From: Alphaproteobacteria bacterium
Lineage (GTDB): Bacteria; Pseudomonadota; Alphaproteobacteria; SMXQ01
NCBI GenBank assembly: GCA_035493495.1
Contig: DATJIG010000257.1
Span: forward strand, 6,698-70,697
Direction: 5' to 3'
Length of the DNA stretch: 64,000 nucleotides
In this document: positions 50,151 through 60,787 of the stretch, piece by piece
How positions within the stretch are numbered: the first letter of the stretch is position 1
Layout of the letters: every line of letters begins with the position of its first letter
Made by a program: the position numbers and the translations under genes
The notes under the pieces: model-generated
Database searches by the model: none
Told to the model about the DNA's origin: nothing
The model's input: the letters and a program-made list of their open reading frames with translations, nothing else

Positions 50151-51137
50151 TCACGGCACCAGCACGGCGGCGCCTTCGAGAACGCCGCCGCGCACCGCCG
50201 CCAGCGCCTCGTTGGCCCGCTCGAGCGGGAACGATGACGTCGTCGTACGCACCGGCACGTCGGGCGCCAGGCGCAGGAACTCCTCGCCGTCGCGGCGGGT
50301 GAGATTGGCGACGGAGCGCACCACCCGCTCTTCCCACAACAACCGGTACGGGAAGCTCGGGATATCGCTCATGTGGATCCCGGCGCACACCACCGTGCCG
50401 CCTTTCGCGGTGGCGGCGAGTGCCGCCGGCACCAGGGCACCGACCGGGGCAAAGATCAGGGCGGCGTCGAGCGGCTCGGGCGCCGACCTGTCGGAATCGC
50501 CCGCCCAGGTCGCTCCCAGCGAGCGGGCGAAATCCTGGCCCACCACGTCACCGGGCTTGGTGAACGCGTAGACCTCTTGCCCGCGGTGGCGCGCGACCTG
50601 CACGGCGATGTGTGCCGCCGCGCCGAAGCCGTAGAGCCCAAGCCGCTTTGCCCCGCCCGCCATGCGCAGCGCGCGATAGCCGATCAGTCCCGCGCACAGG
50701 AGCGGCGCCGCGTCGACATCGCTGTAACTCGGGGGAATAGCGAAACAGAACTTCTGATGGGCAACCGTGTACTCCGCGTAGCCGCCGTCGATGTCGTAGC
50801 CGGTGAAGCGGGCGCGGGCGCACAGGTTCTCGCGCCCTGTCGTGCAGTACTCGCAGACGCCGCAGGTCCAGCCGAGCCACGGCACGCCGACGCGATCGCC
50901 GGCGCGGATGCGCTCGACGTTCCGCCCGACCGCCACCACCGTGCCGACGATCTCGTGGCCAGGCACCAGCGGAAGCTTGGGGCGCGGGAGCTCACCATCG
51001 ACGATGTGGAGATCGGTGCGGCACACGGCGCAGGCGTGCACCTTGATGACGACGTCGTCGGGCCCGGGCGTCGGCGGCTCACTCCGCTGTGCGAGGCGAA
51101 GCGGTGTGTTCGCAGCATCGAGCACCATCGCACGCAT
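50151..51137 (-). CDS. Zinc-dependent alcohol dehydrogenase (MDR family)
   Basis: GHEIVGTV, structural-zinc Cys cluster CGVCEYCTTGRENLC, Rossmann GFGAAAH; ORF-track extension trimmed. Confidence 0.85.
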   Translation of the reverse strand: MRAMVLDAANTPLRLAQRSEPPTPGPDDVVIKVHACAVCRTDLHIVDGELPRPKLPLVPGHEIVGTVVAVGRNVERIRAGDRVGVPWLGWTCGVCEYCTTGRENLCARARFTGYDIDGGYAEYTVAHQKFCFAIPPSYSDVDAAPLLCAGLIGYRALRMAGGAKRLGLYGFGAAAHIAVQVARHRGQEVYAFTKPGDVVGQDFARSLGATWAGDSDRSAPEPLDAALIFAPVGALVPAALAATAKGGTVVCAGIHMSDIPSFPYRLLWEERVVRSVANLTRRDGEEFLRLAPDVPVRTTTSSFPLERANEALAAVRGGVLEGAAVLVP

Positions 51138-51311
51138 GGAGGTCGCTCCGTGTCCACACGCCCCTTCCATTTGACACAAATCTCTTTGCCATGATGGAGA
51201 GCGGGAAGGGGAGAGTCGGCCCGCCCCTCCAAGACTGTCGAGGTTAGCACGAGGGAAGGCGTACGGTCCGTCGCACGGGTCACTCCGTGCATAAAGTCGC
51301 TGGAGATCACT

Positions 51312-52418
51312 ATGGCCAAATCCAAGCTGTTTACGCCGTTCGCCGTCGGCGGCCTGGAACTCGCGAACCGGATCGTAATAGCTCCGATGTGCCAGTACTC
51401 GGCCGAGGACGGGTGCATGACGGACTGGCATCTGATCCATCTCGGACATTTGGCGTTATCGGGCGCCGGGCTTCTCACCATCGAGGCGACCGCAGTTACG
51501 CCTGAGGGTCGGATCTCCTATGGCGATGTCGGGCTCTACTCCGACGCGTGCGAGAACGCGATGCGCAACACGTTGGAGAGAGTGCGGCGCTGGTCGGAGA
51601 TGCCGATCGCTGTTCAGCTGGCGCACGCCGGCCGGAAGGCCTCGACGGAGCTTCCCTGGCGGGGTGGCGCTCAAATCGCTCCGGACCAGCCGAACGGCTG
51701 GCGCACCGAAGCACCCTCGGCAATCCCCTTTCAGGACGGCGACGTTCCTCCCGTGAAGCTGGACCACGACGCCCTTGCACACATCCGCGACGCATTCGCG
51801 GATGCTGCCCGTCGTGCGACACGTCTAGGTCTTGATGCAATCCAGTTGCACGGCGCGCATGGTTATCTGCTGCACGAGTTCCTGTCGCCGCTCGCCAATC
51901 AGCGCGATGATCGTTACGGCGGCTCGCTCGAGAATCGGATGCGTTTCCCCCTTGAGGTGTTCGAGACGGTGCGTGCCGCCTTCCCGGCGGATCGCCCCGT
52001 CTCGATGCGGGTGTCCGCGACCGACTGGGCGGCGAATGGTTGGGACCTTGAGCAGACGATCGCGCTGGCACGGGCGCTGGAGGCACGCGGCTGCGCTGCC
52101 ATCCACATATCGAGCGGCGGGCTCACGCCGGCGCAACGCATACCCGTGGGACCGAATTATCAGGTACCGCTCGCGCGCGCGGTAAAGGCGGAGACGAAAA
52201 TGGCCGTCGTGGCGGTCGGCCTGATCACGGAATACGAGCAGGCGGAGGCTATCGTCGGCGCGGGCGACGCCGACCTCGTCGCGCTGGCCCGTGCCATTCT
52301 CTACGATCCGCGATGGCCCTGGCACGCAGCCGCGCACTTCGGCGCCAGCGTTAAGGCGCCGAAGCAGTACCTGCGCTCCGAGCCGCGCGGCGTACGGGAC
52401 CTGTTCGACGACGAATGA
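51312..52418 (+). CDS. NADH:flavin oxidoreductase, Old Yellow Enzyme family
   Basis: IVIAPMCQYSAEDG...HLGHLALSGAGLLTIEATAV...HGAHGYLLHEFLSPLAN. Confidence 0.88.
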   Translation: MAKSKLFTPFAVGGLELANRIVIAPMCQYSAEDGCMTDWHLIHLGHLALSGAGLLTIEATAVTPEGRISYGDVGLYSDACENAMRNTLERVRRWSEMPIAVQLAHAGRKASTELPWRGGAQIAPDQPNGWRTEAPSAIPFQDGDVPPVKLDHDALAHIRDAFADAARRATRLGLDAIQLHGAHGYLLHEFLSPLANQRDDRYGGSLENRMRFPLEVFETVRAAFPADRPVSMRVSATDWAANGWDLEQTIALARALEARGCAAIHISSGGLTPAQRIPVGPNYQVPLARAVKAETKMAVVAVGLITEYEQAEAIVGAGDADLVALARAILYDPRWPWHAAAHFGASVKAPKQYLRSEPRGVRDLFDDE

Positions 52419-52437
52419 GCTCGGCGCACGCGGAGAA

Positions 52438-53415
52438 CTATGGCAGGAGCACCGTCGAGCCGGTGGTCCTGCGCGATTCCAGATCGGTGTGTGCCTTCGC
52501 CGCGTCCTTCAGCGGATAGGTCTTGCCGACCTGGATCTGCACAACTCCGGTGCGGACCGCCTTGAACAGCTCCTGTGCCGCCTCGTCGAGATCGTCGCGG
52601 CGCGCGACATAATGGGCGAGGGTCGGCCGGGTGACGAACAGCGAGCCCTTCTGCGACAGGATGAGGAGGCTGATCGGCGGCACCGCGCCCGAGGAATTGC
52701 CGAAGCTCACCATCAGCCCGAGCGGCCGCAGGCAGTCGAGCGACTTCTCGAAGGTGTCCTTGCCGACCGAGTCGTAAACCACCGGCACGCCGTTGCCGCC
52801 GGTGATCTCCTTCACCCGCGCGACGAAATCCTCGCGCGTGTAGACGATGGGGTGATCGCAGCCGTGCTCCTTGGCGAGCTTCGCCTTCGCGTCGCTACCA
52901 ACGGTCCCGATCACCGTCGCACCCAGGAACTTGGCCCACTGGCAGAGGATGAGGCCAACACCGCCGGCCGCGGCGTGCACCAGAATCGTGTCCCCCGGGC
53001 CGACGCGATAGGTTTTGTGCAGCAGGTAATGCGCCGTCAGGCCCTTGAGCATCATGCCGGCGGCTGTCTTGTCGTCGACATCCTTCGGGATCTTGACCAG
53101 GCGCTCGGCGGGAACGACGCGGCGCTCGCTGTAGGCGCCGAGCTGGCCGGTGTAGGCGACGCGATCGCCGACATTCAGGTCCGTCACGCCCTCGCCGAGC
53201 TTCTCGACAACACCCGCGCCCTCCACTCCGAGCACGAATGGCGGCTGTGCCGGGTAGAGGCCGGTTCGGTAATAGACATCGATGAAATTGAGACCGACAG
53301 CGGCGTGGCGGATCAGCACCTGGCCCGCGGCGGGCTCCGGCACGTCGACATCGATGTATTCCATCACCTCGGGTCCGCCGGTCTTGCGGACGAGGATTGC
53401 CTTGGCTTTCGCCAT
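52438..53415 (-). CDS. qor: NADPH:quinone oxidoreductase (zeta-crystallin-like MDR)
   Basis: GVEGAGVVEKLG...AAAGGVGLILCQWAK. Confidence 0.88.
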   Translation of the reverse strand: MAKAKAILVRKTGGPEVMEYIDVDVPEPAAGQVLIRHAAVGLNFIDVYYRTGLYPAQPPFVLGVEGAGVVEKLGEGVTDLNVGDRVAYTGQLGAYSERRVVPAERLVKIPKDVDDKTAAGMMLKGLTAHYLLHKTYRVGPGDTILVHAAAGGVGLILCQWAKFLGATVIGTVGSDAKAKLAKEHGCDHPIVYTREDFVARVKEITGGNGVPVVYDSVGKDTFEKSLDCLRPLGLMVSFGNSSGAVPPISLLILSQKGSLFVTRPTLAHYVARRDDLDEAAQELFKAVRTGVVQIQVGKTYPLKDAAKAHTDLESRRTTGSTVLLP

Positions 53416-53432
53416 AATCGTGACTCCGATGC

Positions 53433-54158
53433 TCAGCCCTGGTGCGGGCGCTTGCGATTGGGACGACCGAGGTTCTTGTCGAGGAAGGCCTCGGTGCGCT
53501 GGTTGGCGAGCGACGCCGTCTCGACGACGTACGAATGACCGCCGACGCGCGCAAAGGCGTGATCCGCCCCGGGATACGTGTGGATCGTCACCAGCGGATT
53601 TCCGGACAGCGATCCCTTGATCTGCTCCTGGGCTTCCTTGGGCACGAACTTGTCGGCCTCAGCGATGTGCAGCATCAGCGGCTTCTTGATGTTCCGGGCC
53701 TCGTCCAGGTACTGCTGGATACTGACGCCGTAATACCCGACCGAGCAGTCGGCGTCGGAGCGCGTTGCCATCAGATACGCGAGCGTGCCGCCGAGGCAGT
53801 AGCCGATGGCGCCCGCCTTGCCGTTGCACTCGGGGCGCTTGCGCAAGGTCGCCAACGTCGATTTCAGGTCATCGACGCCCTTGTCGACATTGAATCCCTG
53901 GAAGAGCTGGAAGGCCTTGGCCCATTCCGCTTCCGAGCCGTCGGTGATCTGGATGTTCGGTTCCTGACGCCAGAACAGATCGGGGCAGATCGCGAGGAAG
54001 CCCTGCGCCGCGAACGTGTCGGCGATCGTCCGCATGACCTTGTTCACGCCGAAGATTTCCTGGGCGAGCACGAGGCTGGGCGCTGGGGTCGTGGCAGGAA
54101 TCGCCAGATACGCGGAGAAGGTGCCGCCGTCGGCGGCGTCGATCGTGATGTCGGGCAT
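53433..54158 (-). CDS. Dienelactone hydrolase-family alpha/beta hydrolase
   Basis: DLH fold with nucleophile elbow GYCLGG and C-terminal His (PGADHAF). Confidence 0.8.
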   Translation of the reverse strand: MPDITIDAADGGTFSAYLAIPATTPAPSLVLAQEIFGVNKVMRTIADTFAAQGFLAICPDLFWRQEPNIQITDGSEAEWAKAFQLFQGFNVDKGVDDLKSTLATLRKRPECNGKAGAIGYCLGGTLAYLMATRSDADCSVGYYGVSIQQYLDEARNIKKPLMLHIAEADKFVPKEAQEQIKGSLSGNPLVTIHTYPGADHAFARVGGHSYVVETASLANQRTEAFLDKNLGRPNRKRPHQG

Positions 54159-54203
54159 GAGCGTCCTCTTGTTCTCGGAGGGTGGAACGTCGCAGTGCGA
54201 CGC

Positions 54204-54683
54204 TCAGGAAGCGATTCGTCGAGGGTGTCGGGCGATTGTGGCGCGCTCGTGTGACAGCAGCCAGGCCTTGGTGTCGAGACCGCCCGCGCCGGAGTATCCG
54301 CCGGGCTTGCCGGCGGCCGCGACTACGCGATGGCAGGGAACGATGATCGGAATCGGATTTGAGCCGCAGGCTCCGCCGATCGCCCGCGGCGCCGAGCCGA
54401 CGCGGCGCGCGAGCTCGCCGTAGGTAATGGTCTCGCCAAACGGGATGCGGCACATCTCGTCCCACACGCGTTTCTGGAACGCTGTGCCCTGGGGCGCGAG
54501 GGGGATGTCGAAGTCGTTCAGCGTCCCGGCGAAATAGCGCTCGAGCGCCGACTTGGCGCGCCGGAGCAACGGGCTCGCCTTCGACGTTTCGGCGGCGCCG
54601 CTCCAGTCTATGGCGACGATGGCGCCGTCGCGTTCGCGAAGGAGCAGTCGGCCGACCGGAGAATCCATACTGATCGAAGGCAT
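54204..54683 (-). CDS. ogt: Methylated-DNA-protein-cysteine methyltransferase
   Basis: Active site IPCHRVV; HTH TYGELA. Confidence 0.88.
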   Translation of the reverse strand: MPSISMDSPVGRLLLRERDGAIVAIDWSGAAETSKASPLLRRAKSALERYFAGTLNDFDIPLAPQGTAFQKRVWDEMCRIPFGETITYGELARRVGSAPRAIGGACGSNPIPIIVPCHRVVAAAGKPGGYSGAGGLDTKAWLLSHERATIARHPRRIAS

Positions 54684-54685
54684 CG

Positions 54686-56719
54686 TCACGATTGATCTCC
54701 GCCGTGATCCGCGAGCGCGGCGGCCAGTGCCCCCGGCTCCGTCACCGGCGGCCCGCAGACCGGGCCGACGCAAATATAGGCCGTGGGGCGCCCGTCGATC
54801 ATGCGTTTCCCGCTTGCCGGATGACCACTCGGCAGGGCGGCATCGGGCGCGACGACGTGCACCTGGCGATCGGGAGCCGACACCGAGAATGCGGCGCGCA
54901 GCAACTCCTTCGTGGTTGCGTTGTCGCGCTGTCCGACAATGACGATCTGACGAAGGTTGTCGAGGCTCTCGACACCGTTGAGCAAACTCGCAAGGGGGAA
55001 GAAGTTGCGCTCGATCTCGCCGGAGAACGCATCAACGATGGCCTGTGCCCGCGCGCGGTACGCATCGTCGCCGGTCAGTGCATGGAGGCGGGCGAGGACG
55101 CCGACCATGATGCCGTTGCCGGCCGGTGTCGCGGCGTCGACAGCGGTGCGGGTGCGGACGATGAGATCCGACGCATCGTCGGGGGTGAAGAAGTAGCCGC
55201 CGCGCTCGGCGTCCCAGTAGTGACGATCGAGAGTGGCAACGTATGTCCTGGCGTCGTCGAGATAGGCGTTGTCGCCCGAGGCCTCGAACAGTTTGAGCGC
55301 CGCGCGCGCCATCTGCGCATGGTCGTCGAGCAGCCCATGGCCGGTGGTGCGCTGCGCGCGGTAGGCATGGGGCAGACGGCCCGCGCACGCGAGCCCGCGC
55401 AGGAAGCCGTAGGCCTTCGCAGCGACGTCGATCCACCGCGGTTCGTCGAAGACGAGGCCGGCTTCGACCAGCGCCGCGATCATCATCCCGTTCCAGTCCA
55501 CGAGCACCTTGTCGTCTCGGCCGGGATGAACGCGGCGTTCCCGCACGTCGAGAAGCCGCGCGCGCATGTCCACGAGCCGCGCCTCCTCATCCTCGGTGAC
55601 GAGCGGGCGATGGAGTCGGTTGAGGATCGTCTTGCCTTCCCAGTTGCCCTCCGGCCGGACGTCGTAGACGCGCTTGAACAAGGCGGAATCGTCGGCGAGG
55701 AGCGCGTCGATCTCGGGCTCGGCCCACACATAATAGCGGCCTTCCTCGCCTTCGCTGTCGGCATCGAGCGACGAAGCGAAGGCGCCGTCGTCGGTCATCA
55801 TTTCGCGCAGCAGCCAGCCGACGGTCTCGCGTGCGCGTTGCGCGAACAGCGGCCTGCGGGTGCCGGCCCACACCATTGTCAGCGCTTCGAGCAATTGCGC
55901 GTTGTCGTAGAGCATCTTCTCGAAGTGAGGTACCAGCCACGCGGCATCGGTGGCGTACCGCGCGTATCCGCCGCCGAGGTGATCGTAGATCCCGCCTTCG
56001 CTCATGCGATCGAGCGAGTGCACGATGGCCGCCCGATAGCTCTCAGTGCGCGCGCGCAGCCAGGCGCGCCAGATCAGTTCGAAGTGCGGCACGTGCGGGA
56101 ACTTCGGCGCCGACCCGATGCCGCCGTTGATCGGATCGAACTCGCGCAGCACGCGCTCGGCGACACGTTCGAGCAGCGCGCGGTCGAGAACGACCGCGCC
56201 TGTTCCTCCACCTTGCGAAAGACGCTCGAGCGCGCCGACCAACGCGGTGACGTTGTGCGCGACCTTGTCGGTCGACTGCTTGTAGACGTCCGCGACTCCG
56301 GTGAGCACCTGCTTGAACGCGGGTCGTCCGTAGCGCGGCTCGGGCGGGAAGTAGGTGCCGCCCCAGAATGGTTCGCCCTTGTCGGTGAGAAACATGGTCA
56401 GCGGCCAGCCGCCTTGTTCGCCGAGGAGCGAAAGCGCCGTTTGATAGATCGTGTCGACGTCAGGTCGTTCCTCGCGGTCGACCTTGATGTTGACGAAGAG
56501 CTGGTTCATCAGCGCGGCGGTTTCGGCGTTTTCAAAACTCTCGTGGGCCATCACGTGACACCAGTGGCACGCGGCATAGCCGACCGACAGCAGGATTGGC
56601 TTGCCGTCGCGGCGCGCCTCGGCGAAGGCATCGGGACCCCAGGGGCGCCACGCCACCGGGTTGTCCTTGTGCTGGAGGAGGTACGGACTGGTTTCCTGGC
56701 CGAGCAAATTACTTGTCAT
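54686..56719 (-). CDS. Thioredoxin-domain protein of the YyaL/DUF255 family (N-terminal Trx-like domain plus six-hairpin glycosidase-like domain)
   Basis: [18 protein letters not shown]...[16 protein letters not shown], the hallmark of DUF255; about 677 aa. Confidence 0.85.
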   Translation of the reverse strand: MTSNLLGQETSPYLLQHKDNPVAWRPWGPDAFAEARRDGKPILLSVGYAACHWCHVMAHESFENAETAALMNQLFVNIKVDREERPDVDTIYQTALSLLGEQGGWPLTMFLTDKGEPFWGGTYFPPEPRYGRPAFKQVLTGVADVYKQSTDKVAHNVTALVGALERLSQGGGTGAVVLDRALLERVAERVLREFDPINGGIGSAPKFPHVPHFELIWRAWLRARTESYRAAIVHSLDRMSEGGIYDHLGGGYARYATDAAWLVPHFEKMLYDNAQLLEALTMVWAGTRRPLFAQRARETVGWLLREMMTDDGAFASSLDADSEGEEGRYYVWAEPEIDALLADDSALFKRVYDVRPEGNWEGKTILNRLHRPLVTEDEEARLVDMRARLLDVRERRVHPGRDDKVLVDWNGMMIAALVEAGLVFDEPRWIDVAAKAYGFLRGLACAGRLPHAYRAQRTTGHGLLDDHAQMARAALKLFEASGDNAYLDDARTYVATLDRHYWDAERGGYFFTPDDASDLIVRTRTAVDAATPAGNGIMVGVLARLHALTGDDAYRARAQAIVDAFSGEIERNFFPLASLLNGVESLDNLRQIVIVGQRDNATTKELLRAAFSVSAPDRQVHVVAPDAALPSGHPASGKRMIDGRPTAYICVGPVCGPPVTEPGALAAALADHGGDQS

Positions 56720-56782
56720 CGTTACGCCGTCTGGTTGGCTTGCCGCGCGCCAGTTTGACGTGCAATCTCCGCAACTCAAGCC

Positions 56783-58153
56783 ATGAACGGACCGGAACCG
56801 GTGAGCAAATCCGTGGCACGCCCGCGCGCCGGCGCGGAGCCGGACCGCGCGACGATTTTCGCGCTGGCGAGCGCCCCGGGGCCTTCGGGAATTTCGGTGT
56901 GGCGGATATCGGGTCCGTCCGCAGCGGAGGTGCTGACTCGCCTCTGTCGCCATCCGCTGCCGGAGCCACGGACCATGACCCGGGTCCGTCTGTACACCCC
57001 GGGATCCGGCAATGCGGTCGACGATGGCCTCGCTGCCTGGTTTCCGGCGCCGGCGAGCTTCACCGGCGATGACGTGGTGGAGCTCTATCTCCATGGTGGC
57101 CGGGCGGTTTCCCGGGCCGTAACCGGGGCGCTGTCGTCCCTCGCCGGGCTCCGGCCCGCCTTACCCGGCGAATTTTCACGCCGGGCATTGGAAGCCGGGA
57201 AGCTGGATCTGACGCGAGTCGAGGCCATCGCCGATCTCGTCGCCGCCGAGACCGAGGCCCAGCGGAAGCAGGCACGCCGCCAGCTCGAGGGCGAGCTTGG
57301 TGCCCTCTACCAAGGCTGGAAGTGTGAGATCGTTGCGATTCTGGCTCGTTTTGAAGCCGGAATGGACTTCCCGGACGAAGATCTGCCGGCGACGATCTTC
57401 GCCGAGACGCGGCCCAGGATCGAGGCGCTGCGCGCCGCAATGGCGGCGCATCTCGCCGACAACCGGCGTGGCGAGCGCATCCGGGACGGTCTGCGCGTGG
57501 CGATTACCGGCGCGCCGAATGTCGGCAAGTCGAGCCTGTTGAACGTCATTGCCGGTCGAGATGTCGCGATCGTCTCCAGCCGACCCGGTACGACCCGGGA
57601 CGTGGTCGAGGTTTCGCTGGACCTCGGCGGCGTGCCCGTCGTGTTGGCCGATACCGCGGGGCTGCGTGATACCGAGGACGAAATCGAGGCCGAGGGGGTG
57701 CGCCGCGCGCGCGCCTGGTCCGGTGACGCGGACATCGTGCTGTCGGTCCAGGATGCCTCGGACACTGCGAACGGTACCCGTTCGGCCGACGGTGAGCTGG
57801 TTGTCATGAACAAGTGCGACCTGGTTCCGGCGGCCGGGCGGGTTCCGGGCTCGGATGTGGTTTGGGTTTCGGCGAGAACAGGTGAGGGCGTGGATGCCCT
57901 TGTTCAGGCGCTCAGGCAAAGGGCGGAGGCGCTGGCAGCGCTTCCGGAAAGTGCTTCGATCACTCGAGCTCGCCACCGCGAGAGTGTACAAGCCGCCGCC
58001 AGTGCATTAGGGAGTGCGCGCGATTCGTCGGAGGTTGAACTCGCTGGGGAGGAACTGCGCCGTGCGGCTCGGGCTCTCGGATCGATCACCGGCGAGATCG
58101 GTGTCGAGGACATTCTCGACGCCATTTTTCGCGAGTTCTGTATCGGCAAGTAG
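56783..58153 (+). CDS. mnmE: tRNA modification GTPase MnmE
   Basis: G-domain [16 protein letters not shown]; C-terminal CIGK. Confidence 0.95.
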   Translation: MNGPEPVSKSVARPRAGAEPDRATIFALASAPGPSGISVWRISGPSAAEVLTRLCRHPLPEPRTMTRVRLYTPGSGNAVDDGLAAWFPAPASFTGDDVVELYLHGGRAVSRAVTGALSSLAGLRPALPGEFSRRALEAGKLDLTRVEAIADLVAAETEAQRKQARRQLEGELGALYQGWKCEIVAILARFEAGMDFPDEDLPATIFAETRPRIEALRAAMAAHLADNRRGERIRDGLRVAITGAPNVGKSSLLNVIAGRDVAIVSSRPGTTRDVVEVSLDLGGVPVVLADTAGLRDTEDEIEAEGVRRARAWSGDADIVLSVQDASDTANGTRSADGELVVMNKCDLVPAAGRVPGSDVVWVSARTGEGVDALVQALRQRAEALAALPESASITRARHRESVQAAASALGSARDSSEVELAGEELRRAARALGSITGEIGVEDILDAIFREFCIGK

Positions 58154-58155
58154 CC

Positions 58156-58204
58156 TGTACGCGTTGTACGCCTGTATTTAGCGTTTGTACGCAATATACG
58201 TACA
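58156..58204. repeat. Three direct TGTACGC repeats at 58156, 58166 and 58186 (10- and 20-bp phasing) plus an inverted partial copy (ACGTACA, 58198) between mnmE and mnmG, abutting a parS site
   Basis: Read directly: cctGTACGCgttGTACGCctgtatttagcgttTGTACGCaatatACGTACAcatc. Confidence 0.4.
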
Positions 58205-58210
58205 CATCGC

Positions 58211-58226
58211 TGTTTCACGTGAAACG
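58211..58226. promoter_or_regulatory. parS: parS-like centromere site (TGTTTCACGTGAAACG, 15/16 to consensus)
   Basis: Matches TGTTNCACGTGAAACA except for the last base; lies in the mnmG 5' region. Confidence 0.7.
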
Positions 58227-58241
58227 TTTCTCCGGGTCAGG

Positions 58242-60140
58242 ATGGGCTCCATTCGGCAACGCTTCGATGTTGTGGTGATTGGTGGCGGCCATGCGGGCTG
58301 TGAGGCAGCCGCTGCGGCTGCGCGCATGGGCGCACAGACACTGCTGCTGACCCAAGATCCGGCCAAAGTCGGCGAGATGTCCTGCAATCCTGCTTTTGGC
58401 GGCATCGGTAAGGGGCAGCTCGTGCGCGAGATCGACGCCCTCGACGGAGTTATGGGTCGGGCGGCTGACCGGGCGGGAATTCAATTTCGGATGCTCAATG
58501 CGTCCAAGGGCCCGGCAGTCTGGGGCCCGCGGGCTCAAGCGGATCGTCGGCTCTACCGGGAAGCGATGCAGAGTCTCCTGGCTGAGCAACCCGGGCTGAC
58601 GGTTATGTCGGGCACGGCAGAAGATCTCGCCTTGGATGATGCGGATTGCGTTGCTGGAGTTATCACCGCGACCGGCGAGACGATCGGATGCAGCGCAGTC
58701 GTGCTGACGACCGGGACGTTCCTCCGCGGTCTCATTCACATCGGCGAAAAGACAATCCCGGCCGGGCGCGTGGGCGAGGCGCCGAGTGTCGGCCTCTCGG
58801 CGACCCTCGAGCGCTTCGGCTTCGAGCTCGGCCGCCTCAAGACCGGCACGCCGCCAAGGCTCGATGGTCGGACCATCGACTGGGCGTCCCTCGACGAGCA
58901 GAGAGGCGACGACCCGCCGATCCCGTTTTCGTATCTGACCGGCGTAATCAGCACGCCCCAGGTGAGTTGTTTCATTACCGGCACAACCGCCGCCAGTCAT
59001 GAGCTGATCCGGGCAAACATTCACCGTGCGCCGATGTATTCCGGCCAGATCCAGAGCCGTGGCCCGCGCTATTGCCCGTCGATTGAGGACAAGGTCGTGC
59101 GCTTCGCCGACCGACAGCGTCACCAGATCTATCTCGAGCCCGAAGGGCTCGACGATCCGACCGTGTACCCCAACGGGATTTCGACCTCGCTTCCGGAGGA
59201 CGTGCAACTCGCGTTGCTGAAGTCCATTCCCGGGCTTGAAGGGACGCGAATGATCCGGCCGGGCTATGCGGTCGAATACGACTATGTCGACCCGCGCGAG
59301 CTGCGCCCGACATTGGAGACGCGCCGCATCTCCGGGCTTTTCCTCGCGGGCCAGATCAACGGCACGACGGGGTACGAAGAGGCGGGTGCCCAGGGAATCA
59401 TGGCCGGGATCAACGCCGCTGTGCGGGCGGGGCAGGATGCGTCCACAGAATCCCGGGGGTTCGTGCTCGATCGAAGCCAGGCCTACATCGGCGTCCTGAT
59501 CGATGATCTGGTCACCCAAGGCGTCACCGAGCCCTATCGGATGTTTACGTCGCGGGCCGAATATCGGCTGACGCTTCGGGCGGACAACGCGGATCTCCGG
59601 CTCACGGCTGCGGGCCTCGGGATCGGCTGCGTCGGCTCGGGCCGCGGGCGGCGGTTCATGGCCAAGGATCGGGCCTATCGCGAGGCGAAAGCGATCCTGG
59701 TGGAGCGCCGCCTTTCGGCCGATGAGCTCGAAGGGCTCGGCATTGGCGCCCGCCGCGATGGTGTCGCGCGATCGGGCTACGAATTGCTATCGCAAGGGGT
59801 CACAGTCAGCCAACTCGCTGCTGTTTGGGCGGATCTGGCGGAGCTCGCGGGGGATGTCGCCCAGGCGCTGGAGATTGACGCTCGTTACGCCGGGTATCTC
59901 GTCCGCCAGGAGAGCGAAATTGCCGCTTTCCGCCGGGAGGAGGCGACGATGATTCCTTCCGACCTCGACTTCTCCCGGATTGGCGGGCTTTCGTCCGAGG
60001 TCCGGGAAAAGCTCAGCCGGGTTCGCCCGGAGACGGTGGGGCAGGCTGGTCGAATCCCGGGCGTCACACCGGCAGCCATCATCGCAATCCTTGCGCACCT
60101 ACGGCGGCATTCTCCGTCGACCGAAGTCGCCGCAGAGTAG
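58242..60140 (+). CDS. mnmG: tRNA uridine-5-carboxymethylaminomethyl synthesis enzyme MnmG (GidA)
   Basis: [19 protein letters not shown] motif; full-length GidA. ORF-track extension across parS trimmed. Confidence 0.95.
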   Translation: MGSIRQRFDVVVIGGGHAGCEAAAAAARMGAQTLLLTQDPAKVGEMSCNPAFGGIGKGQLVREIDALDGVMGRAADRAGIQFRMLNASKGPAVWGPRAQADRRLYREAMQSLLAEQPGLTVMSGTAEDLALDDADCVAGVITATGETIGCSAVVLTTGTFLRGLIHIGEKTIPAGRVGEAPSVGLSATLERFGFELGRLKTGTPPRLDGRTIDWASLDEQRGDDPPIPFSYLTGVISTPQVSCFITGTTAASHELIRANIHRAPMYSGQIQSRGPRYCPSIEDKVVRFADRQRHQIYLEPEGLDDPTVYPNGISTSLPEDVQLALLKSIPGLEGTRMIRPGYAVEYDYVDPRELRPTLETRRISGLFLAGQINGTTGYEEAGAQGIMAGINAAVRAGQDASTESRGFVLDRSQAYIGVLIDDLVTQGVTEPYRMFTSRAEYRLTLRADNADLRLTAAGLGIGCVGSGRGRRFMAKDRAYREAKAILVERRLSADELEGLGIGARRDGVARSGYELLSQGVTVSQLAAVWADLAELAGDVAQALEIDARYAGYLVRQESEIAAFRREEATMIPSDLDFSRIGGLSSEVREKLSRVRPETVGQAGRIPGVTPAAIIAILAHLRRHSPSTEVAAE

Positions 60141-60142
60141 CG

Positions 60143-60787
60143 ATGGCGTCGAAGCCAATGAGGGCGGAGGAGTTCGCCGAGCTCTCCGGTGTTTCACGTG
60201 AAACACTCGAACGTCTCACCACGTACCTCGAATTACTGCGCAAGTGGAATGGTGCCATCAATCTGGTGGGAGCCAGCACGCTCGCCGATCCATGGCGGCG
60301 CCATTTCTGGGATTCGGCGCAACTTCTGCCGCTTCTCCCGTCAGCCCGATCGGTGGTTGTCGATTTGGGATCGGGTGGGGGCTTTCCCGGTCTGGTGCTT
60401 GCCATCGCCGCCGGCGATCGGACGAATGTCCATCTCGTCGAGTCGGATCGCCGTAAGGCGACGTTTCTTCGCGAGGCAGCCCGCGCAACCGCTACCGAGG
60501 TCGCTGTCCATAGCGAGCGCGCGGAAACGCCCTCAAAGCCGGTCAAGGCCGACGTCATCACGGCGCGGGCGCTGGCGCCGATATCCGTCGTGCTTGAGTT
60601 GGCTGCGGCGTTCGCGCAACCAGAGACCCAATTCCTGCTATTGAAGGGATCGCAGACCCACAATGAATTGACCGAGGCCCGTAAACACTGGACAATGACC
60701 GTCGACGTGCATCCGAGCCGCTCGGATGCATCAGGTTTCATGGTCCAGATAAAAAGGGCGATCCGCCATGACCGGTCAATCGGATGA
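60143..60787 (+). CDS. rsmG: 16S rRNA m7G527 methyltransferase RsmG (GidB)
   Basis: SAM motif VVDLGSGGGFPGLVLAI. Confidence 0.9.
   Translation: MASKPMRAEEFAELSGVSRETLERLTTYLELLRKWNGAINLVGASTLADPWRRHFWDSAQLLPLLPSARSVVVDLGSGGGFPGLVLAIAAGDRTNVHLVESDRRKATFLREAARATATEVAVHSERAETPSKPVKADVITARALAPISVVLELAAAFAQPETQFLLLKGSQTHNELTEARKHWTMTVDVHPSRSDASGFMVQIKRAIRHDRSIG
60190..60205. promoter_or_regulatory. parS: parS centromere site, perfect 16-bp palindrome TGTTTCACGTGAAACA, inside the rsmG 5' coding region
   Basis: Exact match to the canonical ParB-binding palindrome. Confidence 0.85.
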
